From the NCBI GenBank assembly GCA_963695225.1, contig OY968762.1, positions 1,632,001 to 1,696,000 of the forward strand: 64,000 nucleotides of DNA. Reading direction: 5' to 3'. Made by a program: the position numbers and the translations under genes. Positions within the stretch are counted from its first letter, which is position 1. Each line of letters opens with the position of its first letter. Positions 56,190-64,000 of the stretch are shown here, one piece after another. Under the pieces are notes generated by a model. That model did not search any database. It saw only the letters and a list, made by a program, of their open reading frames with translations, and had not been told where the DNA came from. This DNA is from Vulcanimicrobiota bacterium (GTDB lineage Bacteria; Vulcanimicrobiota; Vulcanimicrobiia; Vulcanimicrobiales; Vulcanimicrobiaceae).

Positions 56190-57299
56190 CTATGTCTCGC
56201 GCGACCATAGCATCACGCGGTTGTTTCCCGAGTCCGCGATCGCCAAGCGGCGGCGATGCAGATGAACGCCGTACGGCCAACAGAGCGTCGAGGGCGTCAC
56301 GGCCTTCCATTCGTTCTCGCCGAACTTCGCGAAATCCGTTTGCCCGAGCACGCCGCTCGCCTCGAACGTCCCGCGTTCGGGCGGCCGCTCGTACAGCAGG
56401 ATGCGATTGTTCGCCGTATCCGCTACGGCGAGCAAGCCGTCTTCGTACGAGACGCCATACGGAAAACGCAGCTTAGCGGCGCTCTGCGTGCCGTAATTCA
56501 GCTCGCGGTCGCTCGTGAAGTCTTCCTGCCCGAGCACGAGATCGGCGCACGCGTCGCCCTGCGGCGGCGGCTCCCAGCCGAGCACGCGATGGTTCCCCGC
56601 ATCCGCGACGAAGAGCCGCCGCTCGTCGCCCGCGAGCGCGTGCGCCCAACGGAAACTGCGCGGACCGACGCCTTCGCCGCGGTTTTCCGCATTCTGCAAC
56701 CAACCGGGCTGGCCGAGCACGCCGTCGGCGGGCCGGTCGCATTGGGGGAGTCCGTGCCAATAGAGGACGCGGCGATTCCCCGTGTCGGCGACGTAGAAGC
56801 GGCCGTGCAGGAAGGCGATGCCGAACGGCCAGTAGAGCGAATCCGCCGAGACGCCGGTGCCGCGATTCGCTTCGACGCCCTCGAGGGAGGCCTGGCCGAG
56901 CGCGTAGTCCGGCGGCGTACCGCTCCGTTCGGGGACGCCGTTCCACACGAGGATACGATGGTGCCACGCGTCGGCGACGAAGAGCTTGCCCTCGAAGATG
57001 CCGACGCCCGTCGGCAAATGGAACAGCTTCGGCCCTTCAGCATGGAAATCGGCCTGCCCGAGCACGACCTGCGCCGGCGCTCCGTCGCTCTCCGGCGGCG
57101 GATTCCAAATCAAGACGCGGTGATTGCCCGAATCCGCGACGACGAGGCGTTCGTCGTCGAGCCACACGGCGCGCGGTGCGTAGAGATGTTCCGGCGTCGG
57201 ATGCGCGTCGGGCAAGGCGAGCCCGCCCGGTGAAGGTGCGCCGACCCGGTATTGCGGCACGAAACCGCCCGCCAACGCAAGGCTATCGACCGCCGGCAC
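56190..57299 (-). CDS. NHL-repeat protein, hydrogenase accessory
   Basis: Six ADxxN/HxR repeats and repeated VLGQ motifs. Confidence 0.9.
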   Translation of the reverse strand: MPAVDSLALAGGFVPQYRVGAPSPGGLALPDAHPTPEHLYAPRAVWLDDERLVVADSGNHRVLIWNPPPESDGAPAQVVLGQADFHAEGPKLFHLPTGVGIFEGKLFVADAWHHRILVWNGVPERSGTPPDYALGQASLEGVEANRGTGVSADSLYWPFGIAFLHGRFYVADTGNRRVLYWHGLPQCDRPADGVLGQPGWLQNAENRGEGVGPRSFRWAHALAGDERRLFVADAGNHRVLGWEPPPQGDACADLVLGQEDFTSDRELNYGTQSAAKLRFPYGVSYEDGLLAVADTANNRILLYERPPERGTFEASGVLGQTDFAKFGENEWKAVTPSTLCWPYGVHLHRRRLAIADSGNNRVMLWSRET

Positions 57300-57314
57300 G
57301 AACCTGCTCCAACG

Positions 57315-59060
57315 TCATGCGGGGCTCGCGTCCAAGACCACGAGGCCGGCGGGAAGCGCCTCCCCTTCGGGCTCTTCGCTCTCCCGTTCGACGCGCGAGA
57401 TCTCCGGGACGCGCGCGCAAACCGCGCTTTCGATCCCGTCCTTCAGCGTTTGCGCGGAGCTGCTGCAACCGACGCAGGCTCCGCTCAGGCGCACGATCGC
57501 GGTCGAACCCTCGACCCCCACGAGCTCGACGTCGCCGCCGTGCGAACGCACGCCCGGCCGGAGCTCTTCGATGACGGCCGCGACGCGGTGCGCGACGCTC
57601 GGCCGCACGATCCCGTGCGCCGTCAACAAGGCGTACACTTCCGGCGTTTCGAGCGCGGCTCGCAGCAACTCGCGCCCGCGCTCGTCCGCGCGGATCGCGC
57701 GCACGAGCGCCACGAGGCCGCTGCGCGTGAGCGCGTCGAGCGCCTCTTTGAGCGCGAGCGCCGCCCGGCGCGCTGTTTCATCCTCCAGCTTGCGCGCGGC
57801 TTCCAGCGCCTCGTCCGCACGGCGCGCGAGCTCGTCGTAGTCCATGTCGCCTCCGCGTTTGGGTTCGTGGCTGCGCACCATCGCCTCGTGCAGGAGCGCG
57901 CGCACCGCGCTCGCGGCGCCGGCGTCCTCCTCCGCTTCGAAGAGTTGCAACGCTTCCTCGAGGCGCGGCACCGCGCGCGCGAACTCGCCCAAGCGGACCA
58001 GCGCGTTCCCGGCATTCGCCTGCGTGCGCGCGATCGCGATCGAATCGCGCTCGACGCGGCGCACGTCGAGCACGGCGTCATACAGCTCGACCGCCTCCGC
58101 GAGGTGCTCGGCAGGGCGCGCCGTCGGCGCTTCCTGCAGCGCGGTCGCCAGGTTCATCGTCGTCGTCGCCCACCAATAGGGGTTCGTCTCGCGCGTGAAG
58201 ACCCTCAGCGCCTCGCGCAACGACCCGATCGCGATCGCAGGACGCAAGTGCGCGGCCTCGCCCTCCCCCGGCATCGCGAGATAGGCGACCGCGAGATTCA
58301 TGTGCGCGAGCGCGTACCGTTCCGCGTGCTCGCCCTCGCGCCGGAAGACCGCCAGCGCTTCCTGGTACGCGCCGACCGCCTCGAGCAGCAGCGCCTTGCG
58401 TTCGCCGGCCGAGGCCTGGCAGAGCATCCCGTACTGCAGCGCGAGTTCCGCTTTCGTCTCCGCGAGCACGCTGTCGCGCGCGAGCTCGCGCGCGCGCGAC
58501 AGCGCCTGCAACAGCGGCTCGGAATCGCCGCCTTCTTCGCCGGCGAGCGCGACCCAATCGCTGAAATACCGCGCGGCGAGCAGCGGCGAGGCACCGCTAG
58601 CGGCCTCCGCGGCGGCGCGCAGTTCGTCGAACGCGCCCTCGTCCTTCGCCGCGAGCCGCGCGAACGCGCGCCCCGCGAGGAGCGTCGCCTCGACGACCGC
58701 ATCCGGGGAATGGCCTTGCGGCGGCGCGGGGATGAAGCCGCGACGATACGCCGCGAGGCGAGCGAGCGAGGCGAGGTCCCCCGTCGCGCGCAGGCGCAGA
58801 TCGTCGAACGCTTCCCGCGCCGACGTGAACACGAAGCGGTTGTAGGCGGCGAGCGCATCATCGCCCTCGATCGCGGCGAGCGCTTCGTCCGCCTCGCCGC
58901 GCACGGCATGCGCGAAAAACGCCCACGCGGCGGGGATCTCCGCGAGATCCCCGCGCAAGACGCGCGCCAGCGCGGCGCGATCCTCGCCGTCCGCGGTCTC
59001 CGGCAGGAGCAACTCCCCTGCGGGCCCGGACCAGATGCCGAGCGGTTGCGGTGAAAGCAT
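57315..59060 (-). CDS. TPR protein fused to a NifU-like domain (HucE-like)
   Basis: N-terminal PQPLGIW and TPR helices; C-terminal RP.VRSHGGDVELV..RLSGACVGC. Confidence 0.85.
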   Translation of the reverse strand: MLSPQPLGIWSGPAGELLLPETADGEDRAALARVLRGDLAEIPAAWAFFAHAVRGEADEALAAIEGDDALAAYNRFVFTSAREAFDDLRLRATGDLASLARLAAYRRGFIPAPPQGHSPDAVVEATLLAGRAFARLAAKDEGAFDELRAAAEAASGASPLLAARYFSDWVALAGEEGGDSEPLLQALSRARELARDSVLAETKAELALQYGMLCQASAGERKALLLEAVGAYQEALAVFRREGEHAERYALAHMNLAVAYLAMPGEGEAAHLRPAIAIGSLREALRVFTRETNPYWWATTTMNLATALQEAPTARPAEHLAEAVELYDAVLDVRRVERDSIAIARTQANAGNALVRLGEFARAVPRLEEALQLFEAEEDAGAASAVRALLHEAMVRSHEPKRGGDMDYDELARRADEALEAARKLEDETARRAALALKEALDALTRSGLVALVRAIRADERGRELLRAALETPEVYALLTAHGIVRPSVAHRVAAVIEELRPGVRSHGGDVELVGVEGSTAIVRLSGACVGCSSSAQTLKDGIESAVCARVPEISRVERESEEPEGEALPAGLVVLDASPA

Positions 59061-59064
59061 ACGC

Positions 59065-59277
59065 TCAGAACCCGCTCGGCGGGCCGTCGAGATCGCGATC
59101 CGCTACGCGCTCCATCCACTTCGCCGCCATTTCGGCCCTATCGCGCGAGGAGTACGCGGCGATGCGCCGGCGGGCGATTCCGTCGACGAACAGTACATCA
59201 AGGTAAACGACCCACATGCCGGACTCCCGTTCGATGCGCGAATATGCGCGGAGCGCGTTACGGTCGAAGCCGCCCAT
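59065..59277 (-). CDS. Small hydrogenase-cluster hypothetical protein
   Basis: GGAG RBS; 70 aa; fills the gap in the operon. Confidence 0.75.
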   Translation of the reverse strand: MGGFDRNALRAYSRIERESGMWVVYLDVLFVDGIARRRIAAYSSRDRAEMAAKWMERVADRDLDGPPSGF

Positions 59278-59761
59278 GCTCGGCGCCGGCTACCCCCGCG
59301 CCGTACCGGCGCAGGAGCAGATCGGCGACCTCCCGCATCGCCCGCTCGACCGGCGGGCTCAAACCAACGCCCGGCTCCGTGCTCTGCGCCTCGATCAGGA
59401 ACACGGTCACGTGCGCGGGGAAACGATCTTTGAGCAACCAGCGCCCGAATGCGAGCGCGTTGTCCCAACGAAACGAATGCAAGTTCATCCCGGCGAGCGG
59501 CGGCGTCTCGACCTCTTCCCCGGGGATCTCGAAGATCGCCCCGGCTTCCGCTCCGCTCACGCAGGCATCGACGATCGCGACTTCGCGCGCGCCGGCGAGT
59601 TGAAACGCGACGTCCATCCCGGCGGTCCCGCCGTCGGCGAGGCGCACGCCCGGCGGCACGCCGAGCTCCCACAGGCGGCGGACGAGCATCGGCCCGACGC
59701 CGTCGTCGCTGCGGACGAGGTTCCCGCAGCCGACGACGACGACGTCGCCGAGTTCAGACGA
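59258..59761 (-). CDS. Hydrogenase maturation endopeptidase (HupD/HybD-like) with no canonical start codon before the conserved N-terminus
   Basis: Motifs VVVVGCGNLVRSDDGVGP, DGGTAG, IVDA, NLH. The first in-frame ATG (59689) lies after the DDG motif. Confidence 0.85.
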   Translation of the reverse strand, partial: SSELGDVVVVGCGNLVRSDDGVGPMLVRRLWELGVPPGVRLADGGTAGMDVAFQLAGAREVAIVDACVSGAEAGAIFEIPGEEVETPPLAGMNLHSFRWDNALAFGRWLLKDRFPAHVTVFLIEAQSTEPGVGLSPPVERAMREVADLLLRRYGAGVAGAEHGRLRP

Positions 59762-61364
59762 GAGCGCCGGTTCGATACCGGGCGATTTCCTTGTGCGTCT
59801 TCGCGTCGTAGGCGTGCACCGTGCAAACCAAGCACGAGTCGTAGCTGCGCGCGATGATCCCGAGTTCGAGCGGATCGTCGTTGTTCTTGACGGGCGTTCC
59901 GATCAGCGCCTGTTCGATCGGGCCGCGATTCCCCTTCGCGTCGCGCGGGCCGATGTTCCAGGCGGTCGGCGTGACGACCTGATAGTTCGCGATCTTCCCG
60001 CCTTCGAGCGTGATCCAATCGCAGAGCGCGCCGCGCGCCGACTCCGTCGCGCCGAAGCCCTTCGCATCGGGGAGTTCCTGCGGCTTGATGTAGAACTTCT
60101 CTTTGAGGTCGAGTTGCGAGAGCCACTGCTTGACGCGCAGATAATACTTCGGCGCCTCGTGCATGCGCGCGAGCAGGCGCGTGAAGACGCTCGGCCCGAT
60201 GTTCTTGTAGACGTCGAGGAAGAGCGGATCGCTATCCTGCCACGCGTTCGCGCCCGGCTGCCCGGCGTTGATCTGGCGCGCGAGCGGACCCGTCTCGAGC
60301 GGCAAATACCCCAAACCCGGGACGTCGTAGCGCGGCGATTTCGCCCACGAATACTTCTTGTCGCGCGCGCCTTCAGCGGGATCGATAGGATCGGTGACGC
60401 CCTCGAACGGATGCAGTTGCGCGCTGCCGCGGAAGAAGCTGTTCGTGTGGTCCTCGCGGATCCGCGATTGATCGAACGGGTGGTAGTTCGTGCCGTCGAA
60501 GATCCCGCTCTGCTGGATCACGGCGGCGTTGCGGCCGTCGATCGTCGGGCGGCCGTAGTGCCACGGATCGTAATACGTTCCGGCCGAGATGAACTTACCC
60601 GGGCCCACGCCGATCTTATCCAGCCCCGCTTCTTGCGAGAAGCGGATGAAGAGCCCGCAATCGCTGTTGCGATGGCTCTCATTTTCGTCGAGCCAGGCGA
60701 GCACGTCGGCCCAGCTCTTATTCTCGAGCCAGCGTTCGACGCTGCAGCCGAGCCAAATCGGTTCGAGCCAATTCGTCCGCCAATATTCGAGCAGCGCGAT
60801 CGAACGCGTCACGTCGCTGAGCGTCGGGGCGCACATCACGCCGCCGGGGACCATGAAGCTCGAATGCGGCCACTGGCCTCCGAGGATCGCGTAGACCTCG
60901 ACGGGCTTCGCCGAGACCTGCACCGCGGGTTCGTAGCTCGTTCCGACGAACGGCGCGTGCCGGCGCACGAGCTCGTCGAACATGCTCGTCTTCGCATAGG
61001 CCTTGTTGACGAAATCGATCGCGAAGAGCGCGTAATAATAGCGCGGGATGCTCTGCAGCGTCTCGCAGGCTTGCGCGATGTTGCGGATCAGCGTCGCATT
61101 CGGTGGGACTTCCGTGCCCCACGCCACGTCGAGCGCATAGCACGACTTGTAGAGGTGACTCCCGCCGCAAATGCCGCAGATGCGCGGCGTCACGATCAGG
61201 CCGGCTTGCGGATCTTTCCCCTTGAGGATGATCTCGAAGCCGCGAAACATACTCGCTTCGGTCCAGGCGTCGACGACGACCCCGTCGTCGAGCGTCACGC
61301 GAACGTCGAGATCACCTTCGACCCGGCCGACCGCGCCGACGTCGAGTTGGACGACTTGACCCAT
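59754..61364 (-). CDS. hucL: Group 2a-type [NiFe]-hydrogenase large subunit (HucL/HupL-like)
   Basis: GRVEGDLD; L1 PRICGICGGSH; L2 SYDSCLVCTVH followed by a cleavable tail. Confidence 0.92.
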   Translation of the reverse strand: MGQVVQLDVGAVGRVEGDLDVRVTLDDGVVVDAWTEASMFRGFEIILKGKDPQAGLIVTPRICGICGGSHLYKSCYALDVAWGTEVPPNATLIRNIAQACETLQSIPRYYYALFAIDFVNKAYAKTSMFDELVRRHAPFVGTSYEPAVQVSAKPVEVYAILGGQWPHSSFMVPGGVMCAPTLSDVTRSIALLEYWRTNWLEPIWLGCSVERWLENKSWADVLAWLDENESHRNSDCGLFIRFSQEAGLDKIGVGPGKFISAGTYYDPWHYGRPTIDGRNAAVIQQSGIFDGTNYHPFDQSRIREDHTNSFFRGSAQLHPFEGVTDPIDPAEGARDKKYSWAKSPRYDVPGLGYLPLETGPLARQINAGQPGANAWQDSDPLFLDVYKNIGPSVFTRLLARMHEAPKYYLRVKQWLSQLDLKEKFYIKPQELPDAKGFGATESARGALCDWITLEGGKIANYQVVTPTAWNIGPRDAKGNRGPIEQALIGTPVKNNDDPLELGIIARSYDSCLVCTVHAYDAKTHKEIARYRTGALV

Positions 61365-61382
61365 CTGTTGTGTACTCCTCGC

Positions 61383-62351
61383 CTAGACGACGAACAGGTC
61401 TTCTTGGGCCCACTTCGGAGCGACGGCTCGCGCCAAGGCGGCTTGCGCTGAGTAGCTGATCGGATCGGTACCTTCCGGGAGTTCCTTCGGGACGACGTCG
61501 AAAGCGAGCGGCGTTTTGAACACCGTGCCGACGGCGAGGTCGTGATGCGGGAATTGCGGCTCGGTGCAGCCGATGCACGGCATCCCGGCGCGCGTCTTGC
61601 TCGACTGGCGGTTCCAGAGGATCCGGTTGCACGGCGAATGCGTGAACGATCCGCGGCAGCCTTGCTCGTAGAAAAGGCAGCCCTTGCGGGTGCCTTGGCC
61701 GAACTCTTTGACGGACTGCTTGAATTCGAAATACTGGTGGCGCGTACAACCCGTCTGCGTGAACGTCTTGAAGAACGTCTGCGGACGCTGCAGATCGTCG
61801 AGCGCGATGTCGGAGAGCCGGCCGCTCGCGACCGCGACGAGCACCTGCGTCACCCAATCGGGATGCGCCGGGCAGCCGGGGATGTTGATGACCGGGAGGC
61901 CGGCCTTGCTGCGGTAATTCTTGCCGAGAAAGCCGCCGTGCTGCCCCTTGAGAAACTGCAACCCGACGGAATCCGTCGGGTTGGGCTTGGTCGCCGGAAT
62001 GCCGCCCCAGGACGCACAATCACCGATCGCAACGGTGAACTTCGCGGCGGCCGCGTAATCGCGAACCCATTCGATCATCGGGCGCCCGAGGAACATGTCG
62101 TAGCGGCCGGAGCCGTTGGGACCCTGGATGACCGTCCCCTCCATCACGAAGATGTCGGGGCCTCCGTCGGCGAGGACCTTGAGCAAGGTCGACTTCGCCT
62201 GCTCGCCCATCAACGGGATGCACGAGTGATGGTAGATGATGTCGATGCCGAAATCGGTCACGAGGTCGACGACCGTCGGCTCCTCGGCGTTCAGGAACGA
62301 CTGGGTGTTGCCGTTACAGGCTCCGCCGTGGAGCCAAACTACCGTAGCCAT
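61383..62351 (-). CDS. hucS: Group 2a-type [NiFe]-hydrogenase small subunit (HucS/HupS-like), no Tat signal
   Basis: Motifs GGACNGN, GDCASWGG, PGCPAHPDW, TQTGCTR, GCLFYEQGC, MPCIGCTEP. Confidence 0.92.
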   Translation of the reverse strand: MATVVWLHGGACNGNTQSFLNAEEPTVVDLVTDFGIDIIYHHSCIPLMGEQAKSTLLKVLADGGPDIFVMEGTVIQGPNGSGRYDMFLGRPMIEWVRDYAAAAKFTVAIGDCASWGGIPATKPNPTDSVGLQFLKGQHGGFLGKNYRSKAGLPVINIPGCPAHPDWVTQVLVAVASGRLSDIALDDLQRPQTFFKTFTQTGCTRHQYFEFKQSVKEFGQGTRKGCLFYEQGCRGSFTHSPCNRILWNRQSSKTRAGMPCIGCTEPQFPHHDLAVGTVFKTPLAFDVVPKELPEGTDPISYSAQAALARAVAPKWAQEDLFVV

Positions 62352-62425
62352 GCTGTTCTCCGAAGCTGCGCCGGCGGCGCGGCGATGGTTGCGATGGGAA
62401 GACGGAGGTGGGACCGGATGCCGGG

Positions 62426-62436
62426 TTGTACTACAA
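62426..62436. promoter_or_regulatory. Palindrome in the divergent hydrogenase promoter region
   Basis: TTGTA-C-TACAA in an AT-richer intergenic stretch. Confidence 0.4.
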
Positions 62437-62493
62437 ACGTCGCAACATTGTTTCCTGCCTCCTCAGGGCAACCACTTGCAAAGGCGGTCCACG

Positions 62494-63267
62494 ATGAATG
62501 CGGTCCCGCAGGGGGCTCCAAACGGAGCAACGCTCGATGCCGAGTCCCGCGAGCGCTTGATGCTCCTCCTCGAGCGTGGCCCCGAAATCGAGTACATGCT
62601 CGATACGTTCGGCCAGATGCTCAAACGAGGCCCGGACATCGCGGACAACGTGAATCGCGCGATCGGCGACGTCCGCGAGAAGGTGAGCGGCGAGCGCGGC
62701 TTCGATCGTTTGGCGCAGACCGTCGAGAAACTCGAGCGGCTGAGCGAATCGCCCAGCTTCCAAGTGCTGCTCGACCGCTTGCAGGATCAGCAAACCGCGG
62801 ATTCACTCGAAGGTCTCGTCGACCGGCTCGACCGGATCAGCGCGATGCTCGAAGCGCTCGAGCGCTTGCTCGTCCGCGCGCCGCAGTTCGCCGACAATCT
62901 GAACACGCTCGTGCTCCAGCTGCGCGACAAGAACACCGGCCGGTCGATCGAGGCGATCAGAGAGCTCGGCACGATCGATCCCCGCCAGCTCGTCCAACTC
63001 CTCAACGACCTCTTCGCCGTCGTCGAATCGCCGCAAACCAGAGCCCTGCTTCGTTCGAGCGTCTTCCTCGATCAATCGGTCGCGCTCGTCGACGAGGCTG
63101 CGAAATCCGCCGTGGAAGCGACGAAGGACTCCGCGCCTGCGCGCGGCACGACCTCGATCTTCGGGTTGTTTTCGCAACTCAAAGATCCCGACGTGCAGCG
63201 CGCACTGCAATTCGGGTTCGCCTTCGCACGGCGTTTCGGGCAAAAGATCCGCGACCGGCGGCCCTAG
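62494..63267 (+). CDS. DUF1641-like helical/coiled-coil protein
   Basis: Long amphipathic helices; C-terminal SIFGLFSQLKDPDVQRALQFGFAFARRFG. Confidence 0.78.
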   Translation: MNAVPQGAPNGATLDAESRERLMLLLERGPEIEYMLDTFGQMLKRGPDIADNVNRAIGDVREKVSGERGFDRLAQTVEKLERLSESPSFQVLLDRLQDQQTADSLEGLVDRLDRISAMLEALERLLVRAPQFADNLNTLVLQLRDKNTGRSIEAIRELGTIDPRQLVQLLNDLFAVVESPQTRALLRSSVFLDQSVALVDEAAKSAVEATKDSAPARGTTSIFGLFSQLKDPDVQRALQFGFAFARRFGQKIRDRRP

Positions 63268-63286
63268 CCGCTCCGCCGCTCGCTCG

Positions 63287-63634
63287 ATGCACGAGCTCTC
63301 GCTCGCGATGGGCATCCTCGAGCGCGTCGGCGAACAAGCGGCCGAGCGCGGCATCGAGCGCGTGAGCGCCGTGCATTTGCGAGTCGGCGCGATAGCCGGG
63401 ATCGTGCGAGATTCCTTGCGCTTCTCGTGGGAACTGGCGAGCGCGGAGACGGTCGCCGCGGGCTCGCGGCTGGAGATCGAAGAGGTCCCGCTCGCCGCCT
63501 ATTGCTCGGCGTGCAAGCAGGAAAAAACTCTCGAACACTTCATCTTGCGCTGTCCGGACTGCGGGAGTCCGACCCCGCAGATCCTGCGCGGGCGAGAACT
63601 GCAGATCGTAGCGATGGAGGTCCCGGATCCGTGA
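63287..63634 (+). CDS. hypA: Nickel metallochaperone HypA
   Basis: Motifs MHELS, CSAC, CPDC, GREL. Confidence 0.97.
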   Translation: MHELSLAMGILERVGEQAAERGIERVSAVHLRVGAIAGIVRDSLRFSWELASAETVAAGSRLEIEEVPLAAYCSACKQEKTLEHFILRCPDCGSPTPQILRGRELQIVAMEVPDP

Positions 63635-64000
63635 CGAACACGATAGCGCTCCAAGAGTCGATCCTCGGCAAGAACGACGAACTCGCGGCCGCGCTCCGCG
63701 CGCGCTTCGCCGCGTCCGGCACGTTCGTCGTCAACTTCCTTTCCAGCCCGGGCTCCGGGAAGACGACGCTGCTCGAAGAGACGCTGCGCCGGCTGGCACC
63801 GCGTTATCGCGTCGCCGCTCTAGTGGGCGATCAAGCGACGGAGAACGATTCGCAGCGCTTGCGGCGCAGCGGGGCGCCCGTCCGGCAAATCACGACGGGC
63901 GAGGAGTGCCGCCTCGACGCCGGCATGATCGGAAACGCGCTGGAAGGGTGGGATGTCGGGCCGCTCGACGCGCTGTTCATCGAGAACGTCGGGAACCTCA
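63631..64000 (+). CDS. hypB: Nickel incorporation GTPase HypB (partial, runs off the window)
   Basis: Manual translation from GTG63631 gives SSPGSGKTTLLE, GDQATEND, ITTG and FIENVGNL. Confidence 0.95.
   Translation, partial: MTNTIALQESILGKNDELAAALRARFAASGTFVVNFLSSPGSGKTTLLEETLRRLAPRYRVAALVGDQATENDSQRLRRSGAPVRQITTGEECRLDAGMIGNALEGWDVGPLDALFIENVGNL

Noticed and set aside
1..64000. Many long Arg/Ala/Pro-rich overlapping ORFs, and any tRNA, rRNA, IS or prophage
   Set aside because: The overlapping ORFs are expected shadows in high-GC DNA; no RNA-gene consensus, transposase, integrase or phage gene was recognised

Overview
High-GC bacterial chromosomal window. Gene content and style suggest a soil diderm such as Eremiobacterota/Vulcanimicrobiota, but that is inference only. 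From left to right it holds: (1) a small gene encoding a hydrophobic leader plus seven 14-aa repeats (NAGPLGGSGIG[SG][HQ][TQ]), followed by a terminator and three tandem paralogous ~450-aa TPR-like helical proteins with no visible DNA-binding or catalytic domain. This is the best candidate for an undescribed peptide signal/receptor system. (2) An amino-sugar/cell-wall salvage-like cluster (nanE, BadF-type kinase, FAD oxidoreductase, hydantoinase/oxoprolinase, a transporter fused to a PDZ-like domain, GH20, serine hydrolase, prolyl oligopeptidase, SSS symporter), split by an opposite-strand STAND NTPase. (3) Mixed signalling, redox and envelope genes. (4) A TolC/HlyD/two-permease exporter. (5) An AdnAB/AddAB-like helicase-nuclease pair preceded by a possibly structured RNA. 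(6) A group 2a-type (Huc/HupSL-like) [NiFe]-hydrogenase cluster with hypA-F, a glutaredoxin, a TPR-NifU fusion and a divergent DUF1641-like helical protein. I saw no rRNA, tRNA, CRISPR array or transposase. All family calls come from motif recognition by eye, not from database searches.
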